A DNA stretch of 64,000 nucleotides from Octopus sinensis. Taxonomy: Eukaryota. Every line of letters begins with the position of its first letter. The first letter of the stretch is position 1. The position numbers and the translations under genes are program-made. The notes below the pieces were generated by a model. The model was given only the letters and a program-made list of their open reading frames with translations. It was not told where the DNA came from and searched no databases. Of this stretch, positions 1 through 12,530 are shown one piece after another. Location of the stretch: contig NC_042998.1 of assembly GCF_006345805.1 (NCBI RefSeq), positions 169,322,001-169,386,000 on the forward strand, in the 5' to 3' direction.

Positions 1-805
1 AAAAATTATATTAGTCACAACATATTTTCTAAATATAAATTTATACAGCCTATAGAGTATATAGAATAGATACCCACATCCACATTACACATAAATGTAG
101 GCGTGAGAGCGTGTTTCTAATTCATTATGTACGAGTGTGTATATGTATATGCATGTATGTGTACGTCTGTGTGTTGAGTATGAATGTACTGGTGAATAAA
201 TGCACGTGCATTTATTTATTCGTGGATGAATTTACACAAATTTCATAACAAGTGTACATGCGCGTGTGTTTATATCAATATGGATATAATAAAATATGAT
301 ATAATATAATTTACTTTTATTAACTTATGTTCAAGTAAAATACCATATAGCTATACAAATTCCCACTTATATGTACACGGTATTATTACATCAACATGGA
401 TGCAGATCGTATAATAGGTTTACACGACATTCTCACATGAATGCATATATTCTATAATTTTGCACGTGACAGGCACATTCATTGTCATGATCATAAGCAT
501 CATAAACTGTCAATGACACAAGGGAATAAACACGAACATTTCACCACTGCTTTTAAGATCATTATTAATGTAGGGAAAATACTAATTGCCAAAGTTCCTG
601 TATATTTACCACCTCTTATCTGTGTATTCCGTTCTTCATTTTGCATTCTCTAATTAACGAATGAAGTTTCGTGAAATCTCACGTAACCAAATCCAAAGTG
701 GTGACAGATTACTATTATTTATTAAGTGGAACATTTGAAAATTGCAATCTGTAATGCATGAAACCTGAGGTAATGTCTAATATGCACAAAGTGAATATAT
801 ATATA

Positions 806-980
806 TATACAAGAAGAAATGGAGGGAAACTAACAGGACGAAGTTGGTCGTTTGCGCTAGTAAGCCATTAATTTAATTGATTAATAAAGAAAAGTGGAAG
901 TAATTTAAATTAATGGCTTACTAGCGCAAACGACCAACTTCGTCCTGTTATTTTTCTTCCATTTTCTTCTTGCATATAAT
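806..980. mobile_element. Palindromic MITE-like element
   Basis: Perfect 46-bp inverted repeat at 831-876 / 905-950 around a 28-bp spacer. Imperfect arms extend to about 806 and 980 and abut TA dinucleotides. Confidence 0.55.
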
Positions 981-1611
981 TTAAACTACGGTTTACCCGC
1001 TGAATTACCTGCTACTGTATACATTTTGCCAAGACTGTACCTACGCAGCTAATCACCAGGAGCGCCTTTGGATTTAACCTTAGAGGTTTTAAACACCTCT
1101 AACACCTATGTGTATATAATCCCTTTAAAGTTCGCTCTTATAAATATAATCATGCTTTTTATCAATATAGTCAAACAACTGGCAAAATGCACCTTAAGCC
1201 TGTCCAATTACATTTGGATTAAAAAAGCAAGAGCGGTGGTGTTTCAATTCTGATGATTAATTCTTGACCTCGCGACCTTCTATGAAGATAATAGTGTTCC
1301 TGCACATTTACACCAGAAACTCTACTTAAATAAGAAATCATTTATTATATATCAAGACAACAACAGATTAAATTAAAGATCAGAAATGTTAAGTCATTGC
1401 AAACATGCTTCGAAGCATTTATTTAGCAAGTATGTATTTCCGAAAGGCTAGTTCAAGAATTACGTATACCACATGGTTGAAAAATCAGTAAACTTAAATA
1501 TTTGAGACATATTTTCTCCGTATTTACATCTTTTAAAAACACCTCACTCTGTTAGAAATTGTTTACACACTCAATTTCCAACACTTCCAAATGTTTGCAT
1601 AAATGTATATA

Positions 1612-1820
1612 CGAGGGAATGCTGAAAAGTTCCTAGCTTTAAGGATATTGCACAAGGGCCTGGTTGAAGGCCCAACTTTCCGAGTTCTTTTACAGGGCTT
1701 AGGAAAACTGAAGGGCCGCTTCAATAAATGTGTGAATCTGAGAGAAGTGTATGTTGAACAAAATTATAATAAACTGATCGTCTGTTACCCAAAAGCCAGG
1801 AACTTTTCAGCACCCCTTCG
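1612..1820 (+). mobile_element. Internally deleted mariner (MITE)
   Basis: TIR CGAGGGAATGCTGAAAAGTTCCTAGCTTT versus the reverse complement of the right end CGAAGGGGTGCTGAAAAGTTCCTGGCTTT, with TA on both sides (1610-11, 1821-22). Retains a transposase C-terminal-like peptide RFNKCVNLREVYVEQ. Confidence 0.75.
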
Positions 1821-3099
1821 TATTTTATTCATAGACACATACGAGAAAAACTCTCCCCGTCCAATGGACGGTGCTGAGTTGTCAAACATTTAAACCAACT
1901 TTTCTCAAAACAACTTGTCCGACCGTCCCATAGGCCTCCCCTTTGAGAAACACCGATTTAACCTAAATTTGAGACTCCAGCAAAAGAAGAAATAACGATA
2001 GACTTTTTTTCTATTCCAAAGAAAAACGATTTTATTCACACAAATATGCAACCGAAGAGTTTAAAGTGCCGGTAATGATAAGGCTATTGACTAGGAGAAC
2101 ACAAACATGGTTTAAACAGTAAGCTTGGCAGAAAAGAAACGTGCCTTTAAGCAGTACAAAAACAACAAAAAATGGAAGGTGCAGTTATGTACAGGTTGAC
2201 GGAAGAAAAGCAGGACAAAAACGGCTTTATCGATCGCATTCTCACCTGGAATCGATTTTTGTAATTTTTTCGAGACTTATACACGCCCTGATACCGTCGG
2301 TATCTAAATATCAAATTTGAGTGCAATCGGATGGAGGATGCCCGAGATCCTAGAAGACACACACACCGACAGACAGAACGGATTTTATACAATAGATTAC
2401 ACATTTCTTTTTGTGAAACGTATTCTTACCTCTAGGAGTCTCTGAGTAATAAATCTTGGTAATTTATTTTTAAATATACTAATTTTCCACTCAAAAGCGT
2501 TTACATCTACTTTCAAAATTCTCCTATCGATACTTCGGCAGCTACCATGTCTAATAACACAGATGTATATATGGAGCTGACACACGTTGTAACTGAAATA
2601 ATTGAAATAATATTAGACATTTATTTTCACACTACAATAAATATGTTAATATAAACTGATGGATGACTGCCTACGTGCCATGAGTCTGCTCAACCAGAGC
2701 TCGACTGGAACAACACAACAAACCGATATCTCCGAATTGTTTTCATAGTTCACCGAACGACAACATCTAGTAGACAACACCATTATATAAATGTAAGATG
2801 AACGATCTCTCACCAATCGTCTGGAGAATGTTTAAATAATGAAGGCGATATTGAATTTTCAATGAACATTATGACTTCACCACACCTCATGTATTTTGTT
2901 TTCTCGTTAACTAAATCATAATACAACACAATAATATACACGCAAGCACACACACACATACATTCAAGCATTCTTCCGCACACACACGTACACGCACATA
3001 CACAAACGTACGCTTTAAATGTATATGTATAGAAACGTATATGTATATATATTTATGAGTGTGTGTGTGTACACATATACATGTTCATACGTACATGTT

Positions 3100-4420
3100 T
3101 GACTTGACTTGAGTAGCATTCACCCGGGGTGGGTTGAGCTGGCTTCATTCATCCTCAGTGCTGCATCTCTCACAAACACCGACCAGGCCTGGCAATTTGA
3201 GGCTAAAGATCGCGTGATCTCCAACCACTCCCTATTCCATCGGCGAACGCCGTAGACATGGGGGCCTAGGTTGGGTTCCAGATTAGCCTTGGCTGTCATC
3301 ACCCAGGTTTTTCGTTGTCCACCACATCGCTTTCACCAAACCTGAAGGGGAGCTGGGGAAATTGCTTCGTAGATGAATTCTCCTGGTTGGCGATGGGGGG
3401 ACATGACCCAGCCAACACAGACGTCTCGTTGGGATGACTTGTCGGAGGGAGGTGATTTTGCACTGGTGTCGCACCGAATTGTTGGAGACAAAGTGATTCC
3501 ATCGGACACGAAGGATGCAGCATAGACAGAGGTGATCGAAGGATTCTAGTCGCTTAATATCTGTCACCCTCATCGGCCATGACTCGCTGCCGTAAAGGAG
3601 AATCGTTCACACTAGTAGATCCGTACTTTGGTGGTGCGTCGGATCTCAGATCTTGACCAGAGTCGTGAATTGAGTCGGTTGAAGGCTTGGCGAGCGAGGT
3701 TGATTCGTGTTTTAATGTCAGCCTCACCTTGACCTGTGGCTGTAAGGATGGCGCCAAGGTATTTGAAACTCTCAGCCTCTTCAAGAATATCACCATTGAG
3801 GACAATGGGTGTTTTGCCTGTTGGGGCGAAGCCGGGTGTGAGGAATTTGGTCTTCGAGGCATTGACTTTCATACCAATCTGCGATGCAACACGCTGGAGC
3901 TCATTGATAGCAAACTGGATGTCAGCAATGCATTTGTGGTGATTCAGTCTATGGCGTAATTGAAAAGAGTCGGCGAAAGAACACATCCCTGCCGAACGCC
4001 AGACCGTATTTCGAAGGGTTCCGACACTTTACCGTACACGCGTACGCAGGATCTTGTTGAGCGGTAATAAGCTTTGATAAGATTGAGACGTTTAGGTGGG
4101 ATACCATCTGCCTGCATGACCTTCCAGAGGGTGTCACGATCGACGGAGTCGAATGCAGCAACAAAAACAAAAAAAAAAAAACAGATGACTGTTTTTTGCT
4201 GAAAGCACCAATGGTGTACGAGGATTCGTCTTAGGGTGAAGATTTGATCGGTGCAGCCTCGAATTGGACGGAAACCACACTGGTTTGGTCTTGTTCTAGA
4301 GTCACGTTCTGATTGGAATCGTCTCAGAAGAATAGATGCAAATATTTTGGCAGAAACGTCAATCTGACTGATGCCGCGGTAGTTGCTGCAACAGCGTTTA
4401 TCGCCTTTCTTCGGAAGTAT
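3100..4420 (-). mobile_element. 5'-truncated, decayed RTE-clade LINE (RT region and 3' end)
   Basis: Minus-strand peptides NYRGISQIDVSAKIF, QCGFRP, FDSVDR, MKVNASKTK, FKYLGAIL, RINLARQAFNRL and WLGHV. Short (TCAAG)n-type tail near 3100-3112. Several frameshifts. Confidence 0.88.
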
Positions 4421-4989
4421 ATATTATCCGGGCCGATACCGTATTAGCTCTCAGTTAAGTACTAGTTAACGACAAACCACAACGATCAGTATTTAGCGTC
4501 TGTAACTACAATTTGTTGTTAGTCATTCCGTGAATTCTTCCGATGTGTAATTCCGGATACTCTTCGCTGGACGGTAAAAATTGTTTGGAGCATATATTAT
4601 TATTAATAATAAAGAGTATAAAAATTTTAACATACACAAAATATATTTTATAGTTGCATACAGCATATTATGAGTTTACTTCGAGGATAACCAAATGGAC
4701 GGACCCTGATGTAGCTGCACTGACAATAATGCAAGGTTGCATTTGCAACAATAAGTAATCACTGTAGCAGAAACAATACAATATGCTGTATATAACTATA
4801 AAGTAAATGTAGTGATTTGACCACCTCAGCGAACCTGAGAGTATCACGGTTCATGGCTGGATATTGCTCTGTATTCATACTTTTTTCTCACTTCTCCTGG
4901 TAGGGCTACGCTTCATGTGGGTTTCAAGCCCTTCTTTGGTCCTCCGTCCAGATGTTAGTCATGGAGTAGCTGACCGTAGAGGAGTCTAT

Positions 4990-5194
4990 AATCAATACTT
5001 CCACATCATCGAGTATTTCGACATCACTACCAGCCTACTCTTCTGTATCATACAATCGTTTTACGAATCTCTTTACACTGGACAGAATGGCCGACGTCTG
5101 GTCAACTGGTTCCTAGAGCATCTCAGGAACATTCCGCTCGGTGACAACTCAGCTTCTCACACCATTACCATTCTGAAAACCATTCCACCAAACC

Positions 5195-5262
<68 letters not shown>

Positions 5263-5345
5263 TAACTCTCGGAAGAAAATGGGAATTTATTTTTCTTGGA
5301 ATTTATGTTCTTCGTGGACTCAATTCCAAAACCCTTTTTTCCCTT
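4990..5345 (+). mobile_element. Degenerate Penelope-like GIY-YIG endonuclease remnant
   Basis: LYTGQNGRRLVNWFLEHLRNI resembles the YIGETGRRLxDRFxEHLRDI motif. After a (CT)n tract, EFIFLGIYVLRGLNS resembles the C-terminal LGTLxPxGLN motif. Confidence 0.5.
5200..5259. repeat. (CT)n microsatellite
   Basis: About 30 CT units. Confidence 0.98.
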
Positions 5346-5364
5346 TAATCTCCTCCCTGAACCG

Positions 5365-5830
5365 ACTCACACACATACACACACACGCATACACACACAT
5401 ATATGCATTCACACATGCACGCACGTGCGCGAGCGCACACACACATACACAAATTGTACAACTACAGACATAACACACACTGCTTTTACCATACATGCAT
5501 AGCACACACGCATACACATAGCTATACAACGCACAAATATACACATGCAATTATGCAATAGATACAACCAACACATACGCACACAATAAACACTTATGTA
5601 CACACTGAAGAAAAAAGCAGCAAACACATAGAAACTCAAAAACAACTTACATATTCAACATTCACGCACAAATACACACATACACACATAAGCATGCGCA
5701 CGCACCCACACATACACACACACACACACACACTGTTATACAGTAAGGACAACAACAAAATGACGCACTCATTTACACGCTTGTAACATATACACAACCC
5801 AACATACAACAATATATGAACACGCACATG
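5365..5830. repeat. Degenerate (CA)n-rich tract
   Basis: Interrupted CA/TACA repeats. Confidence 0.85.
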
Positions 5831-5843
5831 CACATGAACTACC

Positions 5844-6075
5844 TATTTCTTTACTACCCACAAGGGGCTAAACACAGAGGGGACAAACAAGGACAGACAA
5901 ACGGATTAAGTCGATTATATCGACCCCAGTGCGTAACTGGTACTTATTTAATCGACCCCGAAAGGATGAAAGGCAAAGTCGACCTCGGCGGAATTTGAAC
6001 TCAGAACGTAACGGCAGACGAAATACGGCTACGCATTTCGCCCGGCGTGCTAATGATTCTGCCAGCTCGCCGCCT
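5844..6075 (-). mobile_element. tRNA-derived SINE, family A, Tx1-type tail
   Basis: Head AGGCGGCGAGCTGGCAGAATCATTAGCAC, B-box GAGTTCAAATTC, tail CCCCTTGTGGGTAGTAAAGAAAT. 10-bp TSD ATGAACTACC at 5834-5843 and 6076-6085. Confidence 0.92.
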
Positions 6076-6484
6076 ATGAACTACCAACACATGAACTACC
6101 AACACACTAATACACACACTCACGCACAAACACATTCTCAAACACCCTCACACTCACACACTCACACACTGTTACAACGGCGCTCATCGGTCGAAGGTAA
6201 CTTCTTTCCCATTATCTCCCCTTCTGCTTCCTGAGACGAAACATCACGTTCTTTCTCCTCCCTTCTGCGTCCCTTTCAGAATGACAGTGATTTTTTCAAC
6301 ACGTGGATTTTTGCCTCTCAATTCTATCTTTTTTCTTCTCGTTCATTTTTTTCTGTTTTCTCCTTCCTTCTTTTTTTTCTGATGAAGAACTAACTCCAAA
6401 ACGTTAAACGCTATTACATTTCTCTAAGCATGAAACTAATAAATTTTTATAAATCCTTATATTATATTTACTTCTAATATAACT

Positions 6485-6485
<1 letters not shown>

Positions 6486-6531
<46 letters not shown>

Positions 6532-6713
6532 CACACACACATGTGTGTTATATATATATATATTATATATATATATATATATACACACACACATATATAG
6601 ATATATATACTCATACATAGGTTCGCACGCATACATACGTCATATATGTGTACATATATACATAAACACACACGCATATGCGTGTGTGAGTGTGTGTGTG
6701 TGTATGCTTGTGT

Positions 6714-6750
<37 letters not shown>
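6486..6750. repeat. Compound (CT)n/(CA)n/(TA)n/(TG)n microsatellite cluster
   Basis: Direct reading. Confidence 0.95.
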
Positions 6751-6754
<4 letters not shown>

Positions 6755-7627
6755 TTCCAAGTTAAAATCTTTGATATTGCCGAAGGATATCATAACAGAA
6801 ACTGGTGAGTTTGTTATTAATTTGGCATATGTCTTTCAATATATTAACGTTTTTCTAAATTATCTGAGTGTTCTCGATTCGATGAATATTACATGCTGAA
6901 TAAATCCAAATGATAACATTTCATATTGCTGGTTCGTTTTATTTTCTCTAACTGTCTGTAATTTCTAAACTGATTTCTTTCATGGAAAGAACATAAGCTA
7001 TGATTTTTACATATTAATTTTATTCGCCTGAAGCAGAATATGAATGCGTGTGCGTCTCTTCCTTTATTTTAAGTTACTTCATCAATCAGAGCACAATTTT
7101 TTTATTTTTATTTTAGCTTGATGAGGAAAGACAGAATCTATAACATTAATTGGCTCTCTTTCATGCTGCTGAGACGGTGCCGTTATGATCGTCCTCAGTT
7201 TCCATCTCTAAGAAAAATCTGGATAAGATAGGAGTTATTGAGCGTATTAGTTCATGGAAAAACCATATAAGTAAAGCATTTAGTTGGGCTGACAAGCAAG
7301 AAACGGGTGTATATTTATTCGTTGATTGGGTGACGGTGTGGGAAAGCGTTACGCAGCCCGCTACTCTAAATGAGCAAGAATTGTGAGAGCCTCAGTTCAA
7401 ATCGCACGTATGTTGAATGGCCTGGAGTATTTCTATTTTGGATGTATTTGGGGTACTTAATTGTGCTCATGACTTAGTGTTTTGCTTCTTCCATGGGTAT
7501 GAGTAAGTGCAACATTAGAGAACTTTAGATGTCCGTTTATTATCTAAATCTGATTTTTATAGAACTATCCCGAATGTTTCATGAGTGTAGCCTCACCCCC
7601 TTAGATGTTTTGAGAACTCAGATGTTT

Positions 7628-7716
7628 TTTCGGCTGATGAGTACGGGCCACGTGTATTTGCTGCAATATTTGCAGCTTTAATAAAGGTGTCTTCGTACGA
7701 AACAATTGTACCGAAA
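7628..7716 (+). ncRNA. Type-I hammerhead ribozyme motif
   Basis: Stem I UUUCGG(7628-33)/CCGAAA(7711-16); CUGAUGA 7634-40; stem II GUACG/CGUAC with internal hairpin GCUGCAA/UUGCAGC; GAAA 7699-7702; palindromic stem III ACAAUUGU; GUA cleavage triplet ending at 7710. Confidence 0.85.
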
Positions 7717-7863
7717 TATTGATCCATTTTTGTTGCTTTTTTCTTGCTTATAATCACCCCGCATTATCTTATGGTTAATACCATATAGATTTCTGGTGCA
7801 TCTAAGTTAAGTACCTCATTCATGTGAATTCAACAGAACTCACTTGAATCTTAATTAATTTTA

Positions 7864-7866
<3 letters not shown>

Positions 7867-7915
<49 letters not shown>

Positions 7916-7935
7916 AATGTATGTATGCATATGTG
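7867..7935. repeat. (TA)n/(TATG)n microsatellite
   Basis: Direct reading. Confidence 0.95.
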
Positions 7936-8399
7936 TGTGTATGTATCAAGATATATATATTCATACATATAAACTACACACACACGTACGCACGCAAGCA
8001 CACATATACATACGAACACACAAATAGACGAACAGAGATAGGAAGTAGTGGTGCTGATTATGATTATCAACAACATGACGGAGAGGAAAATACATTTGGA
8101 AAACGTTCTTCATACTCACTACAAAAACGATTGTGTCACATACATGAAATATAGTGAATTGAAAATTTAAATCCCCTGAACAACCGTGCAATTTGTAGGC
8201 AAAATCTTTAATTGCAATATATGTTGAATTAGTAGAAAGAATATGCTTCAACGAAGCCACTTCTACTCCGTATTTTTGATTGGCTTGCTCAAAATATGTA
8301 ATATCAGTTATACATGCATCAGTGACTGAGTCGCTGAGAGAATTGGTTTTTAGTTTAGAAATAGGAGTTAGTTGTCCGATATATATATCTTTCATTTTT

Positions 8400-8755
8400 T
8401 GCTTGTTTCAGTTATTTGAGTGTGGCCATGCAGGAGTACCACCTGGAAGGGTTTTGGTCGATCAAATCGACCCCAGGACTTAATTTCTCTTAAGCCTGAT
8501 ACTTATTCTCTAAGTCTCTCTCTTGCCGAAACGCTAAATTACTGGGTCGTAAACTCACCAACACTGGTTGTCAAGTAGTAGCGGGAACAAACGCAGACAC
8601 ACACACACACACACGGATTCCTTTCAGTTTACGTCTACCAAATCCACTCACAAGGCTTCGGTTAGCCCAAGACTATGGTAGAAGACACTTGCCACGTAGT
8701 GGGACTGAAACCGGAACCATATTGTTGGGAAGCAAGTTTCTTACCACGCAGCCAC
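8400..8755 (-). mobile_element. tRNA-derived SINE, family B (decayed)
   Basis: Reverse-complement homology to the copy at 12638-13045, including the internal (TG)n. Confidence 0.85.
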
Positions 8756-8978
8756 ATATATATGTGTATGTATGTATGTTTATATATATATATAAAAGTA
8801 GATAAATGGTACAACAAGGCACCAATATTTACTGGAAAATAGCAATCGATACAAATACGACGCTATTGTATAGCTTCACTGCGTATATACTAGCAAAGAC
8901 GTGTGTGTGCAATAAACATGAAAAATTTGTCTTTCCTCTAGGAAGAACATTCGATAAATGGACAACCTAGAATCGGAT

Positions 8979-9051
8979 AATGCAGGACCGGTTTCTGACT
9001 ATTCAAATACGTTTGACAACGTAAATTTGATCAGTCTTCATCAGCTGCATT
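8979..9051 (-). ncRNA. Type-I minimal hammerhead ribozyme motif (one stem II mismatch)
   Basis: Minus strand: stem I AAUGCAG/CUGCAUU (7 bp); CUGAUGA (plus 9038-44); stem II GACU/AGUC extended by UCAAA/UUUGA and UACGUU/AACGUA; GAAA; palindromic stem III ACCGGU; GUC triplet. The 10.1-11.1 pair is an A-A mismatch. Confidence 0.75.
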
Positions 9052-9237
9052 TACCTAGACAAAATTTCAAATGTTGCCTGTACACTCGTCTGAACGCCAA
9101 AACGTTAACAGAACGAGAACAGTGAAGACGTTTCAATGAAATATTTACATCTACACTTCGTGTAGATGTAAATATTCTTTCTGCTGTAGAAAGAATTCAA
9201 GCACAAGTTCTGAAATTTGGGGGCAGAGAGCAAGTCG

Positions 9238-9431
9238 AAGTAGGAAGAAAGAGTGAGAGAAAGTTGTGGTGAAAGAGTACAACGGGGTTCACCACCACCA
9301 CCACCAGCTGGAGCCTCGTGGAGCTTAGGTGTTTTTGCTCAATAAGCACTCACAATGCCAGGTCTGGGAATCGAAACCGCGTTCTTACGACCGCGAGTCC
9401 GCTGCCCTAACCACTGAGCCATTTCGCCTCC
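9238..9431 (-). mobile_element. tRNA-derived SINE, family C (5' part)
   Basis: Reverse-complement match to 16757-16960, with A- and B-box-like motifs. Confidence 0.85.
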
Positions 9432-10653
9432 ACACCTGTTGTTGTTGATGCCGCTACCTTTACTGTTTTCATTATTTTTGCTATTGTTTACCCCAATATC
9501 TGTCTTGATCGATCAGATCTATGGACAGTGGTGTTCCAGTTGTAATTATCAGGTCCATAGCTAGGAGAGCATTAAGTAATATATCCTTTCTTTTTGGTTT
9601 TTAGTTTTTTTTTTTATACAGTCCTTTGGGAGATTTTAACTGTAATTTCTAGTAGGCCATATGAATACGTAGAACCTCATTCGTTGGCATACGCAGACTT
9701 CCTTAAAATAGTACCAGTAATACAACGATGTCGATTCAATATATCTTCCTCTTCGACAAAAAGTTTTTATGCTAAGTGAATGTTAAATCAATATACTTAA
9801 TTTAAATAACTCGAGACAATTGTTTCTGTTCGTCTTTGAAAAGGACAATTCTTCAAGTTTATCTAATAGATATTTAGTTACGTAACAAAGCACATCAAAT
9901 GAATGGTAACTTATAATTAGAGTTCAAACACAGCACTACGATTGCCAAAAATATTTTCTTATATAAATGACTTTTGTTGTAAAATTTACATCAGCAATTC
10001 AACTGAATTCTAAATTCCACAACAATGCCTTCTTTTGATTTATGTACCAGAGATCAATATTTGTGCTCTATTATGACTGCACTTGGTAGAGGTTTTAATC
10101 GGATTGCTTATCTACCGTTTCGGTAATCAAATGTGATGCTGTGTACAGTCTCACTTGTGTTCTTCATACTTTATTCAGGACAATCCTATATATAGTTTCA
10201 GCTATAAGCATTATCTAAGAAAAAGAAAAAATGTGCTAATTCGCTTATGTTTCGCGACCGAAATCTATTATTACACAATGGCAGCTTTCTTAGATACGTG
10301 AATATTTGGCTTGATTGTAAAATAGTAGCTATCTCTCTTTTCTGGACACTTCAAAGTATAAACTATTATAACGTCCATTCATTTGGAAATTATCAATTCT
10401 GTTAATGTTGGAGCTATTATAGAATTTGCTGTATAAATACTAATGCATATTCATCTTGTATAGTTTATATTCCACAGAATTCTGCTCAGATAGATTTGCT
10501 AGACAATTACTTTGTTCCAATGTTTGTTTGTTTTTTTTGTTTTGGTTTGGTTTATGTTTATTGTTGTTATCGTTGTGTGTTTTTGATTGTTTTATTTTTG
10601 TTTTTGTTTTTGCAGCAGTTCTTTACAGCCGCCACTCAGAATCTAGTTTAAAA

Positions 10654-10691
<38 letters not shown>

Positions 10692-10736
10692 GCACACACA
10701 CACACACACACATATATATGTGTGTGTGTAAAAGAG

Positions 10737-10773
<37 letters not shown>

Positions 10774-11076
10774 ATTAATCAATTTAGGGTAGCAAAAAAT
10801 TCAGTAAAAATTTATCGCTACCAGCGGCCTAATGGAAAAGAGAAAATAGTCAAAGACTAAATATGTATAAATATAACAATTTAGGAATGGCCTAAACAGG
10901 CCATTCGTCCACCAGGAAAAGAGAAAATAGTCAAAGACTAAATATGTATAAATATAACAATTTAGGAATGGCCTAAACAGGCCATTCGTCCACCAGAAAG
11001 AGCAGCCAGAACTCCAACCGCCAAGTAGTGTAATTCGGAAATAAGGTGAAAATTTAAAAACATTTACCCTAATTCA

Positions 11077-11175
11077 TCTTTTATACGATGCATCGTTTCA
11101 GTGTCTTTAATGATAGACCAGCTAATTAAATTAAATTAAGCTAGTCTACCATAGGTCACACTCATCAGTAAAAGA
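11077..11175 (-). ncRNA. Hammerhead ribozyme copy 1 (1-nt deletion at the stem II base)
   Basis: Same motif as 12315-12414 but reads CUGAUGAGUGU instead of CUGAUGAAGUGU. Could be a real mutation or a sequencing error. Confidence 0.7.
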
Positions 11176-11546
11176 AACCTGGGAGAGACGGATATACACG
11201 AGGCGACTGTATCAATGCCTCGGGAATATCTGTCTTAAAATTTTCAAGACCAACGCATTCGCGCCAAACTTATCGGCAGAAAAATAAACCTGCCGATTCA
11301 ATCTCAGAATTAGTCAGAAAATTATCAATTAATCAATTTAGGGTAGCAAAAAATTCAGTAAAAATTTATCGCTACCAGCGGCCTAATGGAAAAGAGAAAT
11401 AGTCAAAGACTAAATATGTATAAATATAACAATTTAGAATGGCCTAAACAGGCCATTCGTCCAGAACCAGAAAGGCAGCCAGAACTCCAACCGAAGTAGT
11501 GTAATTCGGAAATAAGGTGAAAATTAAAAACATTTACCCTAATTCA

Positions 11547-11643
11547 CTTTTATACGATGCATCGTTTCAGTGTCTTTAATGAGACCAGCTTAATTAAATT
11601 AAATTAAGCTAGTCTACCATAGGTCACACTTCATCAGTAAAAG
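11547..11643 (-). ncRNA. Hammerhead ribozyme copy 2 (core intact)
   Basis: Reverse complement reads CUUUUA-CUGAUGA-AGUGU...ACACU-GAAA-CGAUGCAUCG-UA-UAAAAG. Confidence 0.85.
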
Positions 11644-12314
11644 AAACCTGGGAGAGACGGATATACACGAGGCGACTGTATCAATGCCTCGGGAATATCG
11701 TCTTAAAATTTTCAAGACCAACGCATTCGCGCCAAACTTATCGGCAGCAATATAACCTCCGATTCAATCTCAGAATTAGTCAGAAAATTATCAATTAATC
11801 AATTTAGGGTAGCAAAAAATTCAGTAAAAATTTATCGCTACCAGCGGCCTAATGGAAAAGAGAAAGTAGTCAAAGACTAAATATGGTAGACTATAATTAA
11901 GCTGGTCTATCATTAAAGACACTGAAACGATGCATCGTATAAAAGATGAATTAGGGTAAATGTTTTAAAATTTTCACCTTATTTCCGAATTACACTACTT
12001 GCGGTTGGAGTTCTGGCTGCTCTTTTGGTGGACGAATGGCCTGTTTAGGCCATTCCTAAATTGTTATATTTATACATATTTAGTCTTTGACTATTTTCTC
12101 TTTTCCATTAGGCGCTGGTAGCGATAAATTTTTACTGAATTTTTTGCTACCCTAAATTGATTAATTGATAATTTTCTGACTAATTCTGAGATTGAATCGG
12201 CAGGTTATATTTGCTGCCGATAAGTTTGGCGCGAATGCGTGTGGTCTTGAAAATTTTAAGACAGATATTCCCGAGGCATGATACAGTCGCCTCGTGTATA
12301 TCCGTCTCCCAGGT

Positions 12315-12414
12315 TCTTTTACTGATGAAGTGTGACCTATGGTAGACTAGCTTAATTAATTTAATTAAGCTGGTCTATCATTAAAGACACTGAAACGATG
12401 CATCGTATAAAAGA
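12315..12414 (+). ncRNA. Hammerhead ribozyme copy 3 (complete)
   Basis: Stem I UCUUUUA(12315-21)/UAAAAGA(12408-14); CUGAUGA 12322-28; stem II AGUGU/ACACU capped by a ~20-bp hairpin with two G-U pairs; GAAA 12392-95; palindromic stem III ACGAUGCAUCGU; GUA, predicted cut after 12407. Confidence 0.9.
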
Positions 12415-12530
12415 TGAATTAGGGAAATGTTTTAAATTTCACCTTATTTCCGAATTACACTACTTGGCGGTTGGAGTTCTGGCTGCTCTTTCTGGTGGAC
12501 GAATGGCCTGTTTAGGCCATTCCTAAATTG

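Noticed and set aside
1250-1330. CTGATGA at 1250
   Set aside because: No stem II closing onto GAAA and no stem I complement.
2250-2400. Possible Helitron-like non-autonomous 3' end (AAATTTGAGTGCAATCGG...TTTTATACAATAGATT)
   Set aside because: Resemblance only. Single copy, no clear hairpin or 5' end, so it cannot be supported.
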